Origin: Dickeya dadantii NCPPB 898
GTDB lineage: Bacteria; Pseudomonadota; Gammaproteobacteria; Enterobacterales; Enterobacteriaceae
Direction of reading: 5' to 3'
NCBI RefSeq assembly: GCF_000406145.1
Contig: NZ_CM001976.1
Span: 1,267,263 to 1,299,262 of the forward strand
Length of the DNA stretch: 32,000 nt
The notes below the pieces were generated by a model. The model saw only the letters and a list, made by a program, of their open reading frames with translations, was not told the origin of the DNA and made no database searches. The position numbers and the translations under genes were made by a program. The number at the start of each line of letters is the position of its first letter. Position 1 is the first letter of the stretch. Positions 9,559 to 17,007 of this stretch are shown here, one piece after another.

Positions 9559-9580
9559 AATAATAATAATTATTTTTATT
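9559..9580 (-). promoter_or_regulatory. Putative Fur box overlapping a sigma70-like promoter for the binding-protein/receptor operon
   Basis: Minus strand reads TTGCAA-17 nt-TATTTT. The spacer and -10 region form AATAAT TATTAT TATTTT, three adjacent NAT(A/T)AT hexamers. My hand alignment to the 19-bp Fur consensus GATAATGATAATCATTATC gives about 14/19. It lies 55-75 nt upstream of the ATG at 9506. Confidence 0.55.
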
Positions 9581-9608
9581 TGCAATGGAAACTAAAGGGA
9601 ACTGAGGC

Positions 9609-9643
9609 TAAAAAAGAAAAAGCCCTGATATTTCACAGGGCTG
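9609..9643 (-). terminator. Intrinsic terminator after the amino-acid ABC permease gene
   Basis: Minus strand reads CAGCCCTG-tgaaatat-CAGGGCT followed by TTTTTCTTTTTT. Confidence 0.8.
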
Positions 9644-9705
9644 GCAAAGGTTATGTAAATAATTAAAGTCGCCGCGACAGGGTGGTGAGTAGGCGAGCCG
9701 GGGAT

Positions 9706-10551
9706 TCAGGAGGGCGTTTTACCGTCGTGGTGCTCGTAGCCGCGGCTAAAGTGGCGTTCCAGCCGCCCTTGCAGCAATTCCAGCCCGATGGACAGCAGCC
9801 AGTAAATGACGGCGGCGGTGGTGAGCATCTCCATGTAGTGGTAGGTGCTGCGGCCATAAGACTGCGCCAGAAAGTTCAGTTCCCACAGCCCCATCAGCGA
9901 CACCAGCGAAGAGTCTTTGATCATCGAAATGAACTGAGAGCCGGCGGGCGGAATGATGATGCGCAGCGCCTGCGGCGCCACCACGTGGGTGGTGATCACC
10001 CAGCGCGACAGCCCCAGCGCCATGGCGGCTTCTTTCTGACCGCGGGGAACCGCGAGTACGCCGCTACGGATGGTTTCCGCCAGATAGGCGCCATAGTTTA
10101 ACGACAGCGCGATGATGCCAGAGGTAAAGGCGCTCATCACGATGCCGACCTGCGGCAGCGCGAGGTAGATAATCAGCACCTGCACCAGCAGCGGCGTGCC
10201 GCGAAACAGCGATACATAGAATGTGGCGCAGCCGAAAGCGATCGCACTGGAAGACAGGCGGCCTGCGGCGGTGATCACCGCCAGCAAGATGCAGAACAGC
10301 ATGGAAATGATGGTAATGACGACGCTCAGCACCGCACCCTGGATGAAACCGTCCGGCGACAGGTGCATCCCCAGCATGGAGGGCAGTTTCTGCCGGATCA
10401 GGCCGGTGTCCAGGTCCATAAACGAAAACAGCCACAGCAGCAGGCTGAGCAGCACCAGCCAGGTCAGGCCGGCGCGCAGACGAAAACCAAATCCGGCGCG
10501 CTCAGGCGCCGGCGGCATGTGAGACGGGGTTTCAGCAGACGAACGCGACAT
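9706..10551 (-). CDS. Polar amino acid ABC transporter permease (His/Glu/Gln/Arg/opine family) with an N-terminal extension
   Basis: 281 aa, multi-TM, with the EAA loop GQKEAAMALGLSRWVITTHVVAPQALRIIIPP. Its start overlaps the upstream stop (TAATG at 10553-10549). About 50 extra N-terminal residues, including one extra hydrophobic segment, relative to typical ~220 aa family members. Confidence 0.8.
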   Translation of the reverse strand: MSRSSAETPSHMPPAPERAGFGFRLRAGLTWLVLLSLLLWLFSFMDLDTGLIRQKLPSMLGMHLSPDGFIQGAVLSVVITIISMLFCILLAVITAAGRLSSSAIAFGCATFYVSLFRGTPLLVQVLIIYLALPQVGIVMSAFTSGIIALSLNYGAYLAETIRSGVLAVPRGQKEAAMALGLSRWVITTHVVAPQALRIIIPPAGSQFISMIKDSSLVSLMGLWELNFLAQSYGRSTYHYMEMLTTAAVIYWLLSIGLELLQGRLERHFSRGYEHHDGKTPS

Positions 10552-11372
10552 TACGGGGTGACCCCGGTGATGTCTTCACCAAACCACTTCATGGAGATGG
10601 CTTTCAGCGTGCCGTCGGCGCGCAGCGCGGTGATGGCATCGGCCAGCGTTTTACTCCATTCCGGGTCGCCTTTGTCGACGGCAATCCAGTTCGGTTCGGC
10701 ATACAGTTCCTGCAGGATACGCAGTTGCGGCAGCTTCTCGATACGCGGTTTGGCGGTGATGCGATCGGAAATCACCGCATCCAGCCGTTTACCCGGACCC
10801 AGCGCCAGATTACGGAACGCCATTTCTTCATCGGTAGGCACCGCCTGCACATGATCAAACGGGAAGGCGATCGGCTTACCGCCCGGGATCGCCAGACTTT
10901 TGTTCAGGTAATTCTCGTAGCTGGAACCCAGCCCCAGACCGACTTTCTTGTTGCTCAGGTCGGCGGCGGATTGGATGTTTTTCTCATCTTTATGGACGAT
11001 CAACACGGCGAAGGTGCTGTAGTAGGGGGTGGCGAAATCCAGCACCTTGGCGCGTTCGGCGTTTGGAGTCATGGAGCAGATGCACATGTTCCAGCGGCCT
11101 TGCCACTTGCCGCCGACGATGGTTTCCCAACCCGGCGTCGCCAGTTCCAGTCTGGCGCCCAGCTTCTGCGCCACCGCGTTGGCGACGTCCACATCGAAAC
11201 CGACTAGCTGATTTTTATCGTCCAGATAGCTAAACGGCGGGTAGTCATTGAACAGGACGTTACGGACCACACCGGTCTGTTTTACCCGATCCAGCGTGCT
11301 GCCGGCCTGCGCGGCGCTGAGCATGAAACAGGCGCTGAGACCGAGCGCCATCAGTGCGAGAAGTTTTTTCAT
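10551..11372 (-). CDS. Polar amino acid ABC transporter periplasmic substrate-binding protein (SBP_bac_3-like)
   Basis: 273 aa. Signal peptide MKKLLALMALGLSACFMLSAAQA/GS, followed by family-typical blocks (PPFSYLDDKNQLVGFDVDVANAVAQKLG, GKWQGRWNM, RLDAVISD). Ligand is not inferable. Confidence 0.8.
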   Translation of the reverse strand: MKKLLALMALGLSACFMLSAAQAGSTLDRVKQTGVVRNVLFNDYPPFSYLDDKNQLVGFDVDVANAVAQKLGARLELATPGWETIVGGKWQGRWNMCICSMTPNAERAKVLDFATPYYSTFAVLIVHKDEKNIQSAADLSNKKVGLGLGSSYENYLNKSLAIPGGKPIAFPFDHVQAVPTDEEMAFRNLALGPGKRLDAVISDRITAKPRIEKLPQLRILQELYAEPNWIAVDKGDPEWSKTLADAITALRADGTLKAISMKWFGEDITGVTP

Positions 11373-11564
11373 CCATTTTCCCTACAAACTAGCGTCACGA
11401 CGGACAACGCGGGGCTGCCTGCCGCGTCCCGTCAATGGAAATCACAAAAGCCCTCTATCTTATAGCAGCAGCGGGCGTGTGCAAAATAAGGTCTTCGTCG
11501 GACGAACAGGGGGAAGGGCATAAGCATCGGTGATTGGCGGCGCCATATGAGCGCTATTAGTCCT

Positions 11565-11600
11565 ATAAAAAAGAAAAACCTGCCACCGGGGTGGCAGGTT
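11565..11600 (-). terminator. Intrinsic terminator of the mglBAC operon
   Basis: Minus strand reads AACCTGCCA-ccccgg-TGGCAGGTT followed by TTTTCTTTTTTAT, about 25 nt after the mglC stop. Confidence 0.85.
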
Positions 11601-11626
11601 TGACGGTGCGATGTACGGCGCGCGCG

Positions 11627-12637
11627 TTATTTTTTGCGGGCGTATTTCAGAGAGTCCAGCGCTACGGCGAAGATGATGATGCCGCCTTTGATGATGTACT
11701 GCCAGTAAGGGCTGACGCCGATGTAAGTCAGACCGTAGTTGATAAGGGTAAAGATGATAACCCCGGTCACCACGCCTGCCACCGTACCCACGCCGCCGGC
11801 AAAGGACACACCGCCGACCACGCACGCCGCGATGGCGTCGAGTTCATACATGAAGCCTAAGTTGTTGGTGGCGCTGCCGATACGGCCGGCTTCCAGCATA
11901 CCGCCGAAGGCATAGAACACACCGGACAGCATGTACACCAGAATCAGGTTCAGCGAGACGTTCACGCCGGAGACTTTGGCTGCTTCCGGGTTGCCGCCGA
12001 TAGCGAAGATATTTTTGCCAAAGCGGGTCTTGTTCCACAGGATCCACACGAACACCGCTGCAATCACCGCATAGAAGGTGATATAGGACAGTTTGAAGTC
12101 ACCGAAGCGGATAAAACCCTGCGCGAAGGTGGAGAAACGGTCGTCAAAGCCGGCGATCGGCGACGCGCCGACGATGTCGTAATACAGGGAGTTGATGCCG
12201 TAGACGATGATCATCGTACCTAATGTGGTGATGAACGGCGTCACTTTCAGGTAGGCGATGATGATGCCGTTGACCAGACCGATCAGCGCGCCAATGGCGC
12301 AGACAATCAGGATTACCAGCGGAATCGGCATAGTTTCAAGGTGCGGGAATACCTTGTTGCTGTTATCCATCGCCTGCAACAGCGTGGCGGCGACCACCGC
12401 GGCGAGGCCGACCTGACGACCGGCCGACAGGTCGGTGCCTTGAGTGACGATAAGCCCGGCCACGCCGAGCGCGATGATCACGCGCACCGAAGACTGGGTC
12501 AGAATGTTACTCAGGTTGGTGAGACTGAGAAAGGTGGGATCCTGGATAATAATAATCACCAGCAATACCAGCAGCACGGCGTAAATGCCGCTGTCTTTCA
12601 GCCAGGTGAGCGCACTTTTTTTAGTTGTAGCTTTCAT
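11627..12637 (-). CDS. mglC: Galactose/methyl-galactoside ABC transporter permease
   Basis: 336 aa, the same length as E. coli MglC and near-identical through most of it (e.g. IIALGVAGLIVTQGTDLSAGRQVGLAAVVAATLLQ, ...IIFAVALDSLKYARKK). Confidence 0.95.
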   Translation of the reverse strand: MKATTKKSALTWLKDSGIYAVLLVLLVIIIIQDPTFLSLTNLSNILTQSSVRVIIALGVAGLIVTQGTDLSAGRQVGLAAVVAATLLQAMDNSNKVFPHLETMPIPLVILIVCAIGALIGLVNGIIIAYLKVTPFITTLGTMIIVYGINSLYYDIVGASPIAGFDDRFSTFAQGFIRFGDFKLSYITFYAVIAAVFVWILWNKTRFGKNIFAIGGNPEAAKVSGVNVSLNLILVYMLSGVFYAFGGMLEAGRIGSATNNLGFMYELDAIAACVVGGVSFAGGVGTVAGVVTGVIIFTLINYGLTYIGVSPYWQYIIKGGIIIFAVALDSLKYARKK

Positions 12638-12656
12638 GGTAACAGCCCTTGCATCA

Positions 12657-14177
12657 TTAAAGGTGTAACGACGCTAAACGGAGAATTTCGTTCTGCGTGG
12701 TGTTCTTGGTTTCGACAATGCCTGCGACGAGGCCATTACTCATCACCAGAATGCGGTCGGTAACGCCCAGCAATTCCGGCATTTCAGACGAGATGATGAT
12801 GATTCCTTTGCCCTTTTTCGCCAGCTCTGAAATAAGCTGATAAATCTCGAATTTGGCGCCGACGTCAATGCCGCGGGTCGGTTCGTCCAGCATCAGGATT
12901 TCCGGTTGGGTCAGCAGCCAGCGTCCGATAATCACCTTCTGCTGGTTACCGCCGGACAGCGAGCCGATGGCGGTGTGGTGGCCGGGGGTTTTCACCCGCA
13001 TGGAATCAATGACCCACTGCACATCGCTTTTCATGCGTTTGTTGTCCAGCAGGCCAAGGCTGTTTTTGTATTTGTGAATGTTGGAAATCAGCGAATTGAA
13101 GCCGACATCCAGATAGGCGTAAATACCGGTAGAGCGGCGCTCTTCGGTGACCAGCGCGAAGCCGTTGTTGATGGCTTCGTTGGCGGTATGGTTGTTGATG
13201 TCTTTGCCGTGCAGTTTGATGGTACCGCTGAGTTTTTCGCGGATACCGAACAGGGTTTCGACGATGTCGGTGCGTTTGGCGCCGACCAGACCGGCAATTC
13301 CCAGAATCTCGCCCTGACGCAGGTCGAACGACACATCGCGGATCGACGGCTGGCGCATTGAGGTCAGGCCGCGCACTTCCAGCATGACGTCGCCGGGCGT
13401 GTTGGTTTTGTCCGGAAAACGCTGATTGAGGGAACGGCCGACCATCATCGCGATGATCTGGTCCATATTCAGGCCTTCCAGCGGCTGGGTGGCGACCCAC
13501 TGACCATCACGCAGTATGGTGATCTCATCACACAGCTGGAAGATCTCTTCCATTTTGTGGGAGATGTAGACGATGCCGCAGCCCCGGTCTTTCAGCTTGC
13601 GGATGATAGTGAACAGATGGTTCACCTCTTTTTCCGTCAGCGACGAGGTGGGTTCGTCCATGATGACGATTTTGGCGTTGTAGGAAAACGCTTTGGCAAT
13701 TTCGATCATCTGCATTTGCGACACCGACAGCGAGGCCACTTTGTCGCGCGGATCGATATCGATATCCAGTTCATCGAAAATCGCTTTGGTGTCGCGATAC
13801 ATTTTTTCCTGATCGACGAACAGTCCTTTTTTCGGGTAACGCCCGAGCCACATGTTATCCATGACCGAACGTTGTAAAACCAGGTTCAATTCCTGATGAA
13901 CCATGGATACGCCATTCTCCAGCGCTTCTTTGGCGCTTTTGAAATCGACTTCCTGCCCCTGAAATTGAATGCTGCCCGAATCTTTCTGGTAAATGCCGAA
14001 CAGACATTTCAGCAGCGTCGATTTTCCTGCGCCATTTTCTCCCATCAGGGCATGGATGGAGTGGGGGCGCACCTTCAGGTTGACATTATCCAATGCCTTT
14101 ACACCGGGAAACGACTTACTGATATTGGTCATCTCCAGCAGGAATTCGCGCTGAGTGGTTAGAGTGTCACTGGTCAT
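12657..14177 (-). CDS. mglA: Galactose/methyl-galactoside ABC transporter ATP-binding protein (duplicated ATPase)
   Basis: 506 aa, the same length as E. coli MglA, with two nucleotide-binding domains (GENGAGKST; LSGGNQQK). Very high identity to E. coli MglA. Confidence 0.95.
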   Translation of the reverse strand: MTSDTLTTQREFLLEMTNISKSFPGVKALDNVNLKVRPHSIHALMGENGAGKSTLLKCLFGIYQKDSGSIQFQGQEVDFKSAKEALENGVSMVHQELNLVLQRSVMDNMWLGRYPKKGLFVDQEKMYRDTKAIFDELDIDIDPRDKVASLSVSQMQMIEIAKAFSYNAKIVIMDEPTSSLTEKEVNHLFTIIRKLKDRGCGIVYISHKMEEIFQLCDEITILRDGQWVATQPLEGLNMDQIIAMMVGRSLNQRFPDKTNTPGDVMLEVRGLTSMRQPSIRDVSFDLRQGEILGIAGLVGAKRTDIVETLFGIREKLSGTIKLHGKDINNHTANEAINNGFALVTEERRSTGIYAYLDVGFNSLISNIHKYKNSLGLLDNKRMKSDVQWVIDSMRVKTPGHHTAIGSLSGGNQQKVIIGRWLLTQPEILMLDEPTRGIDVGAKFEIYQLISELAKKGKGIIIISSEMPELLGVTDRILVMSNGLVAGIVETKNTTQNEILRLASLHL

Positions 14178-14180
14178 ATT

Positions 14181-14246
14181 TTACCTGGTCGAAATAATTA
14201 CCTGGCTGAAACGTTGCCGGGCCGAACATGACTGCCTGGCTGAAAA
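14181..14246 (-). repeat. Three copies of a 14-nt motif in the mglB-mglA spacer
   Basis: Plus strand: TTACCTGGTCGAAA (14181-14194), TTACCTGGCTGAAA (14198-14211) and TGCCTGGCTGAAAA (14233-14246). In the mRNA sense each copy reads TTTC(A/G)(G/A)CCAGG(T/C)A. The copy nearest mglA supplies its Shine-Dalgarno-like AGGT. Confidence 0.6.
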
Positions 14247-14266
14247 AATCATTCGTTCAAGCAGTA

Positions 14267-14290
14267 GGGGCGCAGCGGTTGCCGCGCCCC
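14267..14290 (-). other. GC-rich intercistronic stem-loop just after the mglB stop (candidate mRNA stabiliser or partial terminator)
   Basis: GGGGCGC-ggcaaccgc-TGCGCCCC in mRNA sense, 7 nt after the mglB stop and with no U-tract. Its position is analogous to the intercistronic hairpin/REP reported for E. coli mglB-mglA. Confidence 0.55.
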
Positions 14291-14297
14291 GACGAGA

Positions 14298-15293
14298 TTA
14301 CTTCAGGAACTGCGTCAGGTTGTCTTTATCAACCGGCACGTACGGTACGCGTACCACTTTGTTTTCAATTTTGAAGTTGGTGCCTTCGCCCGCCGGTTTA
14401 CCCAGCGCCAGGTTTTTCGCCAGATCCAGCGTGGCTTTGGCCTGGTTTTCCGCATCGTTCAGCACGGTGCCGGCCAGCGCGCCGGATTTGATCAGCGACA
14501 GCGCTTCCGGCAGGGCGTCAACGCCGAACACCGGAATACTGCTCTTGTTGTGGGCTTTCAGCGCTTCTACCGCACCCATCGCCATCGCGTCATTGTTGGC
14601 GATGAGCACTTCGATCTTGTTGGCGTTAGGACCGGACATCCAGGCGTCAACCTTGTCTTTAGCCATCGCGGTATCCCACATGGCGGTGTCCATCTGCAAT
14701 TGCTGGACTTTCAACCCTTCTTTGGTCAGGGTGTCCACCACATATTTGGTGCGGGCTTCGGCATCCGGGTGTCCCGGTTCGCCTTTCAGCAGGGCGTACT
14801 GAATGGTGCCGTCTTTGTTCAGATCCCAGGACGAATTCGCTTTCCAGTGTTTGGCGATCAACTGACCCTGAATGATACCGGACTCTTTGGAGTCGGTACC
14901 GACGTAGTAGGCTTTGTCGTAGCTGGCCAGAACTTTGGCATTCGGTTCTTTGTTAAAGAACACCACCGGTACGTCGGCGGCCTTCGCTTTCTGCACCACA
15001 ATCGCGGCGGCGGCCGGGTCAACCAGGTTGATAGCCAGCGCTTTCACGCCTTTGGCCAGCAGCACGTCCACCTGATCGTTCTGTTTGGATTGGTCGTTCT
15101 GTGAGTCGTTCATCAGCAGCTCGACGCCACCCAGAGCCTTGGCTTCTTTTTCAATATCTTTGCGTACCATCGACATGAAGTTATCGTCGTATTTGTAGAT
15201 GGTGACGCCGATACGGGTATCCGCGGCATGGGCGGAGGCTCCGAACATCATGCTGGCAACCAGGGCGGTGAGAGTGAAAACCTTCTTATTCAT
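14298..15293 (-). CDS. mglB: D-galactose/D-glucose periplasmic binding protein
   Basis: 331 aa. Signal peptide ...[24 protein letters not shown] and very high identity to E. coli MglB. SD GGAGA lies 5 nt upstream. Confidence 0.95.
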   Translation of the reverse strand: MNKKVFTLTALVASMMFGASAHAADTRIGVTIYKYDDNFMSMVRKDIEKEAKALGGVELLMNDSQNDQSKQNDQVDVLLAKGVKALAINLVDPAAAAIVVQKAKAADVPVVFFNKEPNAKVLASYDKAYYVGTDSKESGIIQGQLIAKHWKANSSWDLNKDGTIQYALLKGEPGHPDAEARTKYVVDTLTKEGLKVQQLQMDTAMWDTAMAKDKVDAWMSGPNANKIEVLIANNDAMAMGAVEALKAHNKSSIPVFGVDALPEALSLIKSGALAGTVLNDAENQAKATLDLAKNLALGKPAGEGTNFKIENKVVRVPYVPVDKDNLTQFLK

Positions 15294-15351
15294 GATATCT
15301 CCGGGTTTATGCAGGGTAGTTCTCAGTCCGGCCGCACGACGCAGGGTAGAC

Positions 15352-15584
15352 GTAGTACGGCAGTCAGTTAGTCATCGTCAGTGCGGCGTCGTAACGCCAG
15401 GCTGACGGAGTTTGCAGGCATGGCCCGCTTAAAGCCTGACTTCCCTGTTTTCAGGCAGTGCTCACCTGTTCGGTGGCGCCGCCCGGTAATGCATCCTGAA
15501 ACAGATAGCGTCCTGAAACCGATATTGTGAACGTTTTCGCCGTGGCGGCCGCTAACGATTCAACTGACTGGGCGACCGTATTAC
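15352..15584 (-). repeat. Long-range imperfect inverted repeat inside the predicted mglB 5' leader
   Basis: Arm 15352-15369 is GTAGTACGGCAGTCAGTT. Arm 15562-15584 is AACTGACTG-GGCGA-CCGTATTAC, whose reverse complement is GTAATACGG-TCGCC-CAGTCAGTT. That gives 17 of 18 paired positions with a 5-nt bulge, enclosing 192 nt. Confidence 0.6.
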
Positions 15585-15640
15585 AAGGCGTCCGGCCTAC
15601 GCAGTACGCCCTCATCATAGAGAGCGCAATGTTAATTAAC

Positions 15641-15656
15641 TGTGAATTTACTCACA
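15641..15656 (-). promoter_or_regulatory. CRP binding site of the mglB promoter (class II geometry)
   Basis: Perfect TGTGA-ATTTAC-TCACA. A -10 hexamer TATGAT (minus strand, 15619-15614) lies 32 nt from the site centre, consistent with a site at about -41.5 and a transcription start near 15607. Confidence 0.8.
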
Positions 15657-15658
15657 GA

Positions 15659-15674
15659 TTGAAAGCGGTTACAT
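15659..15674 (-). promoter_or_regulatory. GalS/GalR operator of mglB
   Basis: The reverse complement ATGTAACCGCTTTCAA matches the 16-bp Gal operator consensus GTGNAANCGNTTNCAC at 10 of the 12 specified positions. It directly abuts the CRP site on its upstream side. Confidence 0.8.
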
Positions 15675-15730
15675 GGAGGATTTGAAAGAATTAGTGACAG
15701 CTCCCACATTTTAACGGCAGCCACCGAATG

Positions 15731-16729
15731 TTAACGGGCTGCCACCGAATGCCGCCGCACCAACGTCGGCATGAAACAGTGTCTGGCGGTGGGGTCCAGC
15801 AGTCCGGCCGCGCCTTTTAGCGCCAGTTCCGTGGCGATTTTCGCCATAGAAACAATAGGGTAGCGGATGGTCGTCAGGCGCGGGTCGGTGTAACGGGAAA
15901 TCGGGATATCGTCGAAACCGACCACCGAAAACCGCTCCGGCACCGTGATGCCGTTATCTTTCAGCGCCATCAACGCGCCGGCCGCCATGCCATCGTTGTA
16001 GGCGAACACCGCGGTCAGTTGCTGGTTGCGCCCCAACAGTTCCACCATCGCCGCTTCACCGCCCTGTAGGTCAGGCTCGCCGCTGGCGATCCACTCGTCG
16101 GGCGGCTCGGTACCCTGTTCCTGCAACGCCTGTCGCCAGCCGGTAAGGCGTTCCGTCACGTCCTCTATCGGGTGGCTGGAGCGGAGATAACCGATGCGCT
16201 GGTGCCCCTGCTGCAACAGCATACGGGTCGCCATCATCGCGCCGCTGACGTTGTCGAGGCAAACGCAGCGGTGCGGGTAGTCCGGCAGCAACCGGTTGAT
16301 CAGCACCATACCGGGCACCTGGTCCATGAACTCCGCCAGTTCTTCATCAGATAAGGCTTTTGCATGTACGATCAGCGCGTTACAGCGCTGGCGGATCAGC
16401 ACTTCGATGGCGTGCCGCTCCTTTTCTTCCTGATGATAGGAGTTGTTAATCAGCACATGTTTTTGCAGGCGCTGCGCCACGGTGTCCACCGCTTTGACCA
16501 TAGCGCCGAAGAACGGGTCAGACACGTCCATCACCACCACGCCGATGGTGTCGCTGACCTGCGAAGCCAACGCCTGCGCATTGGCGTTGGGTCGGTAGCC
16601 CAACTGCTCGACCGTCTGCAGTACCAGCTCGCGCGTCTGTTGGGTGACCGAGCTGCTGTTGTTGAGCACGCGGGAAACGGTGGCGATGGAAACGCCTGCC
16701 TGGCGCGCGACATCACGAATGGTAATCAT
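15731..16729 (-). CDS. galS: LacI/GalR-family galactose isorepressor
   Basis: ORF 15731..16732 begins with TTG. The ATG one codon in (16729) gives [23 protein letters not shown], as in E. coli GalS, with SD GGTGAG 5 nt upstream. High identity throughout. Its location next to mglBAC favours galS over galR. Confidence 0.9.
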   Translation of the reverse strand: MITIRDVARQAGVSIATVSRVLNNSSSVTQQTRELVLQTVEQLGYRPNANAQALASQVSDTIGVVVMDVSDPFFGAMVKAVDTVAQRLQKHVLINNSYHQEEKERHAIEVLIRQRCNALIVHAKALSDEELAEFMDQVPGMVLINRLLPDYPHRCVCLDNVSGAMMATRMLLQQGHQRIGYLRSSHPIEDVTERLTGWRQALQEQGTEPPDEWIASGEPDLQGGEAAMVELLGRNQQLTAVFAYNDGMAAGALMALKDNGITVPERFSVVGFDDIPISRYTDPRLTTIRYPIVSMAKIATELALKGAAGLLDPTARHCFMPTLVRRHSVAAR

Positions 16730-16818
16730 CAATACTCACCACAGAAGAAAAAGTTCACGAGGGCGGCCCTGACACTCAAGCTGTTCGGACTATTCTGTCA
16801 GGCGTTATGGAGAGACTG

Positions 16819-16834
16819 CGTGAGTCAGGTCACA
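16819..16834 (-). promoter_or_regulatory. CRP-like site upstream of galS
   Basis: CGTGA-GTCAGG-TCACA, matching 9 of the 10 specified positions of TGTGA-N6-TCACA. It lies ~90 nt upstream of the galS start. Confidence 0.6.
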
Positions 16835-16837
16835 GCA

Positions 16838-16853
16838 ATGAAAGCGGTTACAT
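16838..16853 (-). promoter_or_regulatory. GalS/GalR operator upstream of galS (autoregulation)
   Basis: The reverse complement is ATGTAACCGCTTTCAT. The 14-nt core TGAAAGCGGTTACA is identical to the mglB operator and has the same spacing (~19 bp centre to centre) from its CRP site. Confidence 0.75.
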
Positions 16854-16943
16854 ACAATTCTGTAACCTTTGTGACGAAGGTCATTATCTGGCAAGAATGA
16901 CGGCGACCAGGTGTGGCAACGCTCGTCGGAGGAGTATCACTCA

Positions 16944-16973
16944 GGGAAAACGCCCCGACAAAGCGTCAGGGCG
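16944..16973 (-). terminator. Intrinsic terminator of purMN
   Basis: Minus strand reads CGCCCTGAC-gcttt-GTCGGGGCG (9-bp stem with one G-U pair) followed by TTTTCCC. It lies 35 nt after the purN stop. Confidence 0.75.
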
Positions 16974-17007
16974 AGTAGGTAACCAGCGTAGTAGGGAAAA
17001 GGTACGC

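Noticed and set aside
11373-11564. Imperfect hairpin GACGGACAACGCGG...CCGCGTCCCGTC (about 11399-11432) and promoter-like hexamers upstream of the amino-acid binding protein gene
   Set aside because: The promoter hexamers have poor spacing (TTGCAC-14 nt-TATAAG). The hairpin is bulged and has no recognisable riboswitch or attenuator signature, so it is noted but not called.
15334-15589. Interpreting the mglB-leader inverted repeat as a MITE flanked by an 8-bp target duplication (GTCCGGCC)
   Set aside because: The GTCCGGCC copies lie at unequal distances from the two arms (18 nt versus 5 nt). The inverted repeat does not extend to those putative termini. Copy number cannot be checked without the genome. 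I kept it only as an alternative explanation under the leader finding.
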